64,000 nt of DNA from an uncultured Actinomycetota bacterium (GTDB lineage: Bacteria; Actinomycetota; Actinomycetes; UBA12327): positions 5,535 to 69,534 of the forward strand of contig CAWKKI010000006.1 of NCBI GenBank assembly GCA_963850215.1, read 5' to 3'. The position numbers and the translations under genes are program-made. The notes beneath the pieces are model-generated. The model saw nothing but the letters and a program-made list of their open reading frames with translations. It ran no database searches and was not told the DNA's origin. Of this stretch, positions 24,307 through 32,557 are shown piece by piece; position 1 is the stretch's first letter, and each line of letters opens with the position of its first letter.

Positions 24307-24687
24307 CTACACGCGCGTCGGAGTCCAAGCGGCCACGACGTCACGGACCGAGATGATGCCGAGGACGTCGCTTCCCTCAAGCACGACGAGGTGACGGAAC
24401 CCGCCACGACGCATGGCGTCGGTGGCTTGCTCAAGGGTCCAGTCCGGGGCGGCGTAGACCAGTTCGGACGTGAGGTGATCACGGGCAGTGGCACTGTCCA
24501 TGTCCTGATCGTTTGCGACCGCCCGCAAGACATCCCGCTCGGTGATGATCCCGACCCCGCTGCTCTCGGGGTCGATGACGACCGCCGAGCCGACCTTGTG
24601 TTCGTTCATCGTCTTGGCGGCCTCGCGCAGCGTGTGCTCGGGACCGATGGTCACGATCTTCGACGTCATCACGTCACGAACGAGCAT
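24307..24687 (-). CDS. CBS domain protein
   Basis: Tandem CBS pair: VRDVMT, GIITERD, GFRHLVV, GIISVRD. Confidence 0.93.
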   Translation of the reverse strand: MLVRDVMTSKIVTIGPEHTLREAAKTMNEHKVGSAVVIDPESSGVGIITERDVLRAVANDQDMDSATARDHLTSELVYAAPDWTLEQATDAMRRGGFRHLVVLEGSDVLGIISVRDVVAAWTPTRV

Positions 24688-24776
24688 GTCCGCCCCCTAT
24701 GGGGTCACCGTGCGGGTGCCCTCGCTCCATGGTGGCGGGGTGCGCGCGTCGCCACAAGGGCCCGGAATGTCCGACT

Positions 24777-25637
24777 TCAGGCTGTGAGGGCGGAAACCAC
24801 GTGCTCGTGCAGCCGCCCGTTGGTGGTCAGACCGGACGAGGAGCATGGCGACCCGTCCAAGTCAGTAATCCGCCCACCGGCCTCGACAACAATCGGAACG
24901 AGTGCCGCGAAGTCCCACAACGAGAGTGATGGCTCCATTGCGATGTCGACGGCGCCCTCGGCAACAAGCAGGTGTGACCAGAAATCGCCGTATGCACGGG
25001 TCCGCCAGCAGGCTTCGCGTAAGCGCCGAAACGCGTCGAGCCGATCGCCCCACAGGTTCTCGCTGGAGAACGACAGTGACGCGTCGCTCACCTGGGCAAC
25101 TCGCGACACGCAGATGCGTCGACCGACTGGTGCGGTGCCTGGGGTCACGTGGTTGGAGTTCGAGCCGCGAGCTGCGATTCCGCTCGGTCCGGTCCACGCG
25201 CCTTGGCCGCGCGCGGCCCACCAACGACGGCCAAGCGCAGGGGCCGAGACGACCGCGGTGGTCACCAGTCCGTGCGCGGTCCGTGCGGGTTCGTCCGACG
25301 CCGTATCGCTCACGGAGTCGTCCATGAGCGCGATGAGGGTGGCCCACACCGGCACGCCACGCACGAAGTTCTTGGTGCCGTCAATCGGATCGATCACCCA
25401 ACGGCGGCCGTTGGCGCCGGCCGGGATGACTCCCTCTTCTTCGCCGGCCACGGCATCGGCTGGGCGGGCGTCACTCAGGGTGCTACGCAGGGCTCGCTCC
25501 ACCGCCTTGTCGGCGTCGGAGACCGGCGTGAGATCCGGCTTGGTCTCCACACTCAAGTCGCTTGCGCCAAAACGAGCGAGGCTGATGGCATCGGCCTCGT
25601 CGGCGAGTGAATGCGCGAGCGCGAGGTCATCGAGCAT
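24777..25637 (-). CDS. hisN: Histidinol-phosphatase (inositol monophosphatase family)
   Basis: ETKPDLTPVSDAD, GEE, WVIDPIDGTKNFVRGVPVWATLIAL, RAYGDFW and WD motifs. Confidence 0.9.
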   Translation of the reverse strand: MLDDLALAHSLADEADAISLARFGASDLSVETKPDLTPVSDADKAVERALRSTLSDARPADAVAGEEEGVIPAGANGRRWVIDPIDGTKNFVRGVPVWATLIALMDDSVSDTASDEPARTAHGLVTTAVVSAPALGRRWWAARGQGAWTGPSGIAARGSNSNHVTPGTAPVGRRICVSRVAQVSDASLSFSSENLWGDRLDAFRRLREACWRTRAYGDFWSHLLVAEGAVDIAMEPSLSLWDFAALVPIVVEAGGRITDLDGSPCSSSGLTTNGRLHEHVVSALTA

Positions 25638-25647
25638 GCGCGTGAGG

Positions 25648-26656
25648 CTATCGCTCGGGCGCGCGCATGCTTATGAGCAGACGGCGAAACGAAGCCAGGC
25701 GCTCGGGTGACGCGTGACCCGCAGCCACCCAGGCATCAAGGCCGCACTCCTCCTCAAGATGCGTGCAACCCCGCGGGCAGTCATCCGTCCCCGGCGCAAG
25801 GTCCGGGAAGGCCCGGATCACGTCTACTACATCTACGTGCCCGAGGCCGAAGGAACGCACCCCGGGCGTGTCGATCACCCAGCCACCGTCAGGCAACGGC
25901 AGGGCAATGACTGATGTCGATGTGTGGCGCCCACGCCCGGTTACCGCGTTGACGATTCCGGTCGCTCGTTCGTCATTTCTCAGCAACGCATTAACCAAGG
26001 TCGACTTGCCGACGCCACTGTGTCCAATCAGCACGGAGACGCGATCGTGAAGGCGCGCGCGAATCTCACTTAAGTCGCCTCCCTTGTGCAGCACCACATG
26101 CGGCACGTCGAGACCCGCGTAGGCCGCAAGGAACGAGTCGGGCGCGGCTAGGTCAGCCTTCGTGAGGCACAGCAGCGGTTCGATGCCTGCGTCGTATGCG
26201 GCGACGAGTGTGCGGTCAACGAGTCCCACCCTCGGCTCCGGGTTGGCCAAGGCGACCACGACCACAAGTTGTTCTGCATTGGCAACGACCACGCGCTCGA
26301 CATCGTCGGTGTCCTCGGCGGATCGGCGAAGGGTGGTGGTGCGCGGCTCGACGCGGACGATCCGTGCCATCGCCTCGGCACCTTCGTTGGCGGCGTCGAG
26401 ACCCATAAGCGACACGACGTCTCCGACGACTACACCTTTGCGGCCGACCTCGCGGGACTTCGCTGCCATGACGAGATCGCCTGCGCCGTCCCGACCGAGC
26501 CGACACGTGAAGCGGCCGCGGTCGACGGCGACTGACGAAAGCTTCTTGCGCCTCCGCGTACGACGGGCGTTGGTTGGAGCGCGGCCGGGACTTGTTGCGG
26601 CTCGGCCGGATCCGAACGTCGTCCTCATCGAGGTCCGTCGTACGCCTCGGACTCAC
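25648..26656 (-). CDS. rsgA: Ribosome small subunit-dependent GTPase A (frameshift near 26530)
   Basis: TKAD, GHSGVGKSTLVNAL, GRGRHTST, IDTPGVRSF and CPRGCTH motifs. The N-terminus (DEDDVRIRP) is in another frame. Confidence 0.92.
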
Positions 26657-27967
26657 CCGGCGTCGGCTCCCGTCAACATCGCGTGCCACGCCTCGACGAA
26701 ACCTGGGAACGTCTTGTCGGTCGTGGCGATGTTCTCGACCTCGAGCCCGGGGACCGCGAGTCCCAGCGAGAGCGCCAGCCGTCGCGAGCCGGTGGTCGTC
26801 GTACGTCTCGAAGATGGCGGCATGCATCGGATGTGGATCGATCGAAAGCCCGTCCTCGTGCTCGCGCACATGTGCGCCGAGTTTGTCGAGCAGCTTCACC
26901 AACGCGGAGATGCGATCAGTCTCGTGATTACGGATGTGCGCGACCCCACGAATGCGCGAAGGGCCGTCGGCCAGCGCAGCGAGCGCGGCGATGGTGGGCG
27001 TGAGCTCACCCAAGTCCCGAAGGTCCACGTCGTTGCCCGTGATCGAGCCGGTGCTGCGCACATGCAGTCCGGCATCGTCGATGCTTGTTTTGGCTCCGAA
27101 CGCTTCGAACAGCGACACGACTTCATCAACAGGTTGCACGCTCGCCTGCGCAATACCTGGGATCACGACATGCCCGTGCGTCACGAGCGCAGCAGCCATG
27201 AAATGGCGTGGCATTGCTGAGATCTGGCTCGATCGTCGTGTCGATCGCGCGAATGCTTCCCGCAGGAACGGTCCATGTGTTGGGCGCGCTGGTGTCGACC
27301 TGCAGCACCTCGTGCACGCAGCATCGCAACGGTCATGGCAACGTGCGGCTGCGACGGGACCGGTGGACCTTGGTGCTCAAGCACAAGGCCTCGTTCGAAA
27401 CGAGCGCCCGCCAGGAGCAGGCCGCTCACGAACTGCGACGACAGACTCGCGTCGACGACGACGCGACCGCCCTGCACATGGCCCTTGCCTTGAACCGTGA
27501 TGGGCAGGTGGCCGTCGTCTGACTCGACTTCGACGCCAAGCTGGGCGAGACCGTCGACGATCGGCCTCAGCGGCCGCTCGTGCGCGTGCGCGTCCCCGTG
27601 CAAAGTGACGGCGCCGTCTGCGAGCGCGGCTACCGGCGGGATGAACCGCATGATCGTTCCCGCGAGTCCCACGTCGATCGTGGCCGGTCCGTGCAAACGA
27701 CTCGGAGTCACCCGCAGCGACGTGTCAGTGATGAGGTCATCTTCGAGTAGGTCGCCAACATCCTCGATCCGGGCGCCCAACGCGCGCAGTGCGTCGGCCA
27801 TCAGGGAGGTGTCGCGCGCAACCAGGGGGTGGGCGATGGTGCTGGGTCCATCCGCAAGTGCAGCGAGTACCAGCGCCCGGTTGGTGATCGACTTGGACCC
27901 TGGGACGACAACGACCGCGTCGAATCGGCCGCGTCGCGCGCGGTGCTGCCCACAAGTCGTTCGCCAC
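26653..27967 (-). CDS. aroA: 3-phosphoshikimate 1-carboxyvinyltransferase (several frameshifts)
   Basis: [44 protein letters not shown] and KTFPGF motifs across frames. Confidence 0.92.
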
Positions 27968-28001
27968 GACCGTCAGCGTATCGACGAGCGAGAATGCAGT
28001 C

Positions 28002-28781
28002 ATGGGTGAGCCGTGGGGTCAGCGCGACTTCGGCGTTCGTTTCGACTGGGGCAGTGCAGGGGCGGATGCGATCGTTGCTGCGAACACGATCGCGGTTGTC
28101 GTCGATGTCTTGTCGTTCACCACCACGTTGTCAGTGGCCTTAGACCGGGATGTGAGCGTCATCCCCTACCGCTGGAACGACGCAGACGGTGCGCAGGAGT
28201 TGGCTGACCGTCGCGGTGCGACACTGGCACGGCCGCGCTCGAGGGCAGTCGCGGGCGAGGCCAGCCTGTCGCCGATGTCTATTCGCTCCGTCGCCTCGTT
28301 GAGCCGACTCGTACTCCCGTCGCCCAACGGCTCAGCGCTCGCCCACCAGATCGCGCAAGACGACAGCAACGGCTGCGTGGGCGCGAGTCTGCGCAATGCG
28401 CGAGCGGTAGCCAGGTGGATCGTCGATCAAGTCGATGACTCCTCCGGTACGGCAGCCGCTACCCGGTCGGTGGCAGTAGTCGCAGCCGGGGAGCGGTGGC
28501 CCGATGGGTCGCTGCGGCCTGCGGTCGAGGACCTGTGGGGTGGGGGAGGTCTGATCTGCGCGCTCAAGGCGTTGGGTTTCGATGACGTCTCGCCGGAAGC
28601 CGAATCGGCCGCCGTCGCATACGAGGCTGCAAGTGGTGACATCGGCTCGATGTTGCGTGAATGCGCAAGTGGTCGTGAATTGATCGAGTCGGGCTTCGGA
28701 TCGGATGTCGAAATTGCCGCCGAGGTCGATGAGAGCACGGTCGTCCCGCTGCTCGTCGATGGTGAGTTCGTCCGCGCCTGA
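28002..28781 (+). CDS. 2-phosphosulfolactate phosphatase (ComB-like) family protein
   Basis: VVVDVLSFTT, LPSPNGS, SLRNA, AAGERW and RPAVEDLWG motifs. Confidence 0.85.
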   Translation: MGEPWGQRDFGVRFDWGSAGADAIVAANTIAVVVDVLSFTTTLSVALDRDVSVIPYRWNDADGAQELADRRGATLARPRSRAVAGEASLSPMSIRSVASLSRLVLPSPNGSALAHQIAQDDSNGCVGASLRNARAVARWIVDQVDDSSGTAAATRSVAVVAAGERWPDGSLRPAVEDLWGGGGLICALKALGFDDVSPEAESAAVAYEAASGDIGSMLRECASGRELIESGFGSDVEIAAEVDESTVVPLLVDGEFVRA

Positions 28782-28797
28782 TGGCAGGCTGATCGGC

Positions 28798-29574
28798 ATG
28801 TGCGGGCGTTATGCGGCAAGTCGAAGCGCAGACTCGTTGGCTCTTGAGTTCGAAGCCGTCGACGCGAGCAACGGTGGCGTCCCAGCCGACTACAACGTCG
28901 CACCAACCAAACCGGTGCTTGCAGTGCTGGAGCGGGCGCACGACGACGATCCGCCGACCCGACAGATCCGGGTGCTGCGTTGGGGCTTGGTGCCGTCGTG
29001 GGCCAAGGATCCTTCGATCGGCAGCAGACTCGTCAACGCACGCCTCGAGACCGCCGCAGAGAAGCCGGCATTTCGCAAGGCGTTCGCCCAACGGCGTTGT
29101 CTGCTGCCCGCTGATGGCTACTACGAGTGGTACACCCCGGGTAGCGACGCGGTCGCCGATGGGCCTCGCCCGAGCAAGGGCAAGCCCATGAAACAGCCCT
29201 ATTTCATTCACCCGACCGATGGGGCGGTGCTCGCGATGGCCGGGCTTTATGAGTTCTGGCGCGATCCAGGGCGAGATCGCGAAGACCCAGAGGCATGGCT
29301 GACGACGATGACTGTGCTCACGACCACCGCAACAGACGATCTTGGTCGTATCCACGATCGCGCGCCGCTTCTGGTCGAGCCCGAGGGTTGGGGCCGCTGG
29401 CTAGATCCCCGTGTGACCGACGTTTCGTCCTTGTCCGATCTGCTGGTTCCCGCGGCCCCGGGCCGCCTGGACGCATATCCCGTGTCCACTTTGGTCAACA
29501 ACGTCCGGAACAACGGACCGGAATTGCTCGAGCGAAGCAACGGAATGAGCCGTCACATACCCGTGTTGGCATAG
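28798..29574 (+). CDS. SOS response-associated peptidase (SRAP/HMCES-YedK abasic-site protein)
   Basis: N-terminal MCGRY, YNVAPT, WGLVPSW, NARLET, GYYEW and IHDR motifs. Confidence 0.95.
   Translation: MCGRYAASRSADSLALEFEAVDASNGGVPADYNVAPTKPVLAVLERAHDDDPPTRQIRVLRWGLVPSWAKDPSIGSRLVNARLETAAEKPAFRKAFAQRRCLLPADGYYEWYTPGSDAVADGPRPSKGKPMKQPYFIHPTDGAVLAMAGLYEFWRDPGRDREDPEAWLTTMTVLTTTATDDLGRIHDRAPLLVEPEGWGRWLDPRVTDVSSLSDLLVPAAPGRLDAYPVSTLVNNVRNNGPELLERSNGMSRHIPVLA
29542..29568 (+). promoter_or_regulatory. SigR/SigH-type promoter (autoregulatory)
   Basis: GGAAT-N18-GTTG, matching the known SigR/SigH consensus, directly upstream of sigR. Confidence 0.8.
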
Positions 29575-29657
29575 TCATGCTCGTTGCGGAGGCCCCCGGA
29601 GCCACGTCGATGTTCCAGGTCAGCGGGGGACCCAGTCTCCCGTTACGCTCGACTCCA

Positions 29658-30260
29658 ATGAGTGTTGACGCGGTGATCGAAACCCCTGAAGAGCGTGCAG
29701 CCCGCTTCGAGCGGGATGCGCTGCCCTTCCTCGACCAGCTCTACTCAGCGGCCCTGCGCATGACCCGCAATCCCGCTGACGCTGAGGACCTGGTCCAGGA
29801 GACCTTCGTGAAGGCGTTCGCCGCCTTCCACCAGTTCAGGACGGCACGAACCTCAAGGCGTGGCTGTACCGGATCCTGACCAACACCTTCATCAACACCT
29901 ACCGCAAGAAGCAGCGCGAGCCGCAGCTGTCGGCGGGCGAGGATGTCGAGGACTGGCAGCTCGCGCGTGCGGAAGTCGCACACATCGACGGGACTGCGCT
30001 CGGCTGAGGCCGAGGCGCTTGATCATCTGCCCGACTCCGACGTCAAAGAGGCGCTGCAGCAGATCCCTGAGGACTTCCGGATGGCTGTGTACCTGGCCGA
30101 CGTCGAGGGCTTCTCCTACAAGGAGATTGCCGACATCATGGGTACGCCAATCGGTACCGTGATGTCTCGACTGCACCGCGGTCGCCGTCAGTTGCGCGAA
30201 CTGCTTGAGGACTACGCGCGTGAGCGCGGCCTCGTACCGGCCGGCGAGGGTGAGAGATGA
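29658..30260 (+). CDS. sigR: ECF sigma factor SigR/SigH (two compensating frameshifts)
   Basis: [33 protein letters not shown]...[34 protein letters not shown]. Followed by a ZAS anti-sigma gene. Confidence 0.93.
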
Positions 30261-30543
30261 GTTGCGGTAAGCCGCACGCGACGGACTGCTCGGACGTGAT
30301 CGAGCGGGTCTACCTGTACCTCGACGGCGAGGCAGATGACTTTGATTGCTCGCGCATCCGCGAGCACCTCGATGAGTGCAGTCCTTGCCTTGCTCAGTAC
30401 GGGCTTGAGCAAGAGGTGAAGACACTCGTGCCCGCTCCTGCGGAAGCGACGATGTGCCTGAGGATCTACGTGTCCGAGTCATGGCTCGCTTGACCGAGGT
30501 GCGGGTCGAGATCACCCGGACGGAGTTCCGCGTCGAGGGCTGA
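30257..30543 (+). CDS. rsrA: Mycothiol-system zinc anti-sigma factor RsrA/RshA (frameshift near 30430)
   Basis: [11 protein letters not shown]...YLYLDGE...HLDECSPC (HxxxCxxC motif). Confidence 0.9.
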
Positions 30544-30578
30544 GTCCTCGGCCCGCTCAATGCTGCGTCCGCTAAATG

Positions 30579-30610
30579 AAGAAGCCCAACGCTTATGCGT
30601 TGGGCTTCTT
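30579..30610. terminator. 14-bp perfect hairpin, probable bidirectional terminator between convergent rsrA and bL37
   Basis: AAGAAGCCCAACGC-TTAT-GCGTTGGGCTTCTT. Confidence 0.7.
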
Positions 30611-30667
30611 GCCGTGGTTGGCGCCGTTCTTCTTGCGGCCGCGGCGCTTACGTGCGCGCTTGCTCAT
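30593..30667 (-). CDS. 50S ribosomal protein bL37 (24 aa, below the ORF-track cut-off)
   Basis: Translates to MSKRARKRRGRKKNGANHGKKPNA; GGAGG RBS upstream; sits next to rsrA/rshA as in other actinobacteria. Confidence 0.9.
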   Translation of the reverse strand: MSKRARKRRGRKKNGANHGKKPNA

Positions 30668-30733
30668 GTTGCCTCCAGTACGAGGAGGTAAGTCTCGCAC
30701 AGGTTGGCGCGTGTGCCCGAATCGGCGGAACGA

Positions 30734-31390
30734 TCAGCCGGAGAGGCGGCGGTTCAGAGCGTCGAGCACCGATCGTGCGACCGCGTCAGCCTCGTCGCCG
30801 CGGACCAGTGCGCTGCCTGTGACCACCTGTTCGCCCAGCCGCGGCACCATCACGGACAGGATCGTGAGCGCGACTTCGCGCTGACCCAGGGCTACCACCG
30901 CTGCAGATTCCACCTCGGCGGTGGTGCCAAGAAGCTCGGCGACGGCCGTCAGAGTCGCCTGGGCTACCAATCGTGCCCGCTGGCTCGGTGCGCCGGGCCC
31001 GAGGACCTTGCCCTCGAAGACGCTGCCGCCGGCGGCAACGGTGACCGTCGCCTCGGACTCCTGGCCGCTGGTGCGCAACATGATGGATGCGATGGCGGGC
31101 CGAGGTGCAGCCTCGTCCTCGTCGTCATCTTCGTTGAGGATGACTTCAGGCACGTCTTCGTTGTCGAACTGCACGACGCTGACGATCCGGTGATCGATGT
31201 CGATGTCGAAGCGGGCCATCGCAAGCGACTGAACATCGCGAACGAGCTGCTTGGCAGGCTTGCCGGGTGAGGCCAGGACATGGATTTCGGTTGGCGTGCC
31301 ATCCGGTCCGGTAACGACGCTGGCCGCACGGATGCCCTGTACTTGGCGCAGCGCGTCCTCAAGTTCGGGAAGCAGGCGCAGGGTAGGCAT
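30734..31390 (-). CDS. Uncharacterised two-domain protein
   Basis: 218-aa ORF with protein-like composition: IHVLA..KQLVRDVQS..DIDHRIVSVVQ domain, acidic linker, alpha/beta C-terminal domain. Confidence 0.8.
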   Translation of the reverse strand: MPTLRLLPELEDALRQVQGIRAASVVTGPDGTPTEIHVLASPGKPAKQLVRDVQSLAMARFDIDIDHRIVSVVQFDNEDVPEVILNEDDDEDEAAPRPAIASIMLRTSGQESEATVTVAAGGSVFEGKVLGPGAPSQRARLVAQATLTAVAELLGTTAEVESAAVVALGQREVALTILSVMVPRLGEQVVTGSALVRGDEADAVARSVLDALNRRLSG

Positions 31391-31498
31391 CGAGGGGCTC
31401 CGCGTGTTCGTTGCTCGGTCGTGTCGTTGCTCGGGTGTGCCAGTGGTCGTGCCGTGGTCGTGCCTGTGACTTAGGCGCGCCCACTGCGCGCCTGCTGC

Positions 31499-31972
31499 CT
31501 AGTCTGGCCGAGGCAACTGGGTGAGACCGGCAACCAGGGTGCGGTGTCGCGCTGTTCTTGGCGCACTTTCAGGTGACCTTGGCGCCTCGGAGTCTTCGTC
31601 GGCATCACTCTCGGGTCCCGACCCGCTCGCCGAATGCAGGGTCAGATCGAGGACGTTGGACGTTCGCTGCGACTGCTCCCAGGCACGAGCGCTTGCGCTC
31701 ACGGACTCCTCGGCCTGCTCGGCGGCCTCGTCCAACGAGGCGATGGCCGCCGGAATCACCGTGCGAACGTGCTCGGTCACCGTGCGCAGGCTTTCGCGCT
31801 GCCACCAGCGCAGGAGCCGGGCGGTGGCGGCATCAATCCGGCCGGCAGCCTCAGCCGCCTCGAGTTCTGCGTCGAATCTGGCCGTGGCCGGGTCCGCCCG
31901 CGCGTCAAGCAGCCCTGCGACGAGGTCGGCAAGAGCCGCCTCGCGGGATGGACGTGAGGGAGACATCGTCAC
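31499..31972 (-). CDS. Hypothetical helical protein
   Basis: 157-aa ORF with an ARLLRWWQRES core and a low-complexity tail. Co-oriented with 30734..31390. Confidence 0.65.
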   Translation of the reverse strand: MTMSPSRPSREAALADLVAGLLDARADPATARFDAELEAAEAAGRIDAATARLLRWWQRESLRTVTEHVRTVIPAAIASLDEAAEQAEESVSASARAWEQSQRTSNVLDLTLHSASGSGPESDADEDSEAPRSPESAPRTARHRTLVAGLTQLPRPD

Positions 31973-32286
31973 TCAGGGTATGGGGTGGGTCTTCCCATCG
32001 AGGAAGACGTGGTCTGGTTACGCCGTTCGGGTCAAATGCCCATTTCGCCGCATGACCAGACCGGCCGGGCGCAATTCGCCGATTACAACGGGTAACTGAC
32101 CCGAAAGGGCTACCGTCAGAGGCCAAAGGGGTCGAATTCGGAGGTCTCCACCCACGTGGCGGTACTTGACGCCACCCTGTGTCCCATCCTTCACTTGCGT
32201 TCGGTGCCTGCCCTGCCGATGGGTACGAAACGGTCACTCATCGGATGGTCGCTGCTAACGCAGTGCGGACACCCTAAAACTGCACA

Positions 32287-32536
32287 GAGTGCGAGACGGG
32301 GATCGGCAGCCTTGGTTGGTTGTTGATCAGTTTCGGAGCGGACAACGGACGCCCCGAAGCACATGTAACTCCTTAGCGGAGCGGAATTACGCGCGGGTCT
32401 TAGCGGTACCCGTGACGTGAATCCACTGGAGTGATGTCCCAAATGAGCAAGCTCGTAAGCCTTGTCGAACGCGCTTTCACGGCCCCTGTTGGCATCTGGC
32501 GCTAGTGCCTAGGCTGCCGATCCCCGTCTCGCACTC
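32287..32536 (+). repeat. Perfect 26-bp inverted repeat enclosing 198 bp (candidate structured leader or ncRNA)
   Basis: GAGTGCGAGACGGGGATCGGCAGCCT (32287-32312) is the exact reverse complement of AGGCTGCCGATCCCCGTCTCGCACTC (32511-32536). Confidence 0.9.
32443..32505 (+). CDS. Unannotated 20-aa small ORF MSKLVSLVERAFTAPVGIWR
   Basis: ATG 32443 (alternative in-frame ATG 32434), GGAG at 32428-32431, TAG 32503-32505. Immediately upstream of the HD-GYP gene. Confidence 0.6.
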   Translation: MSKLVSLVERAFTAPVGIWR

Positions 32537-32557
32537 CTTGCCTTCCCCTGCAGGAGT

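Noticed and set aside
24391-25710. 439-aa plus-strand ORF (and similar long ORFs such as 14105..15271, 22912..24189 and 38806..39969)
   Set aside because: Antisense shadow frames of well-supported genes, typical of high-GC DNA.
25648-27967. aroA and rsgA as true pseudogenes
   Set aside because: Motifs are intact and similar indels occur window-wide, which fits sequencing error better.
32011-32105. Short inverted repeats GGTCTGGT/ACCAGACC and TTCGGGTCA/TGACCCGAA
   Set aside because: Only 8-9 bp in high-GC DNA; could be chance.
32090-32138. GGGTAA-CTGAC-CC-GAAA-GG...GTCAG-AGGCCAAAG, superficially like a c-di-GMP-I (GEMM) riboswitch upstream of HD-GYP genes
   Set aside because: The GCAAA/GACGCAAAG core is imperfect and no tetraloop-receptor stem follows. 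Not called without an Infernal hit.
32191-32442. 83-aa minus-strand ORF in the HD-GYP upstream region
   Set aside because: No recognisable motif, and it overlaps the structured element antisense.
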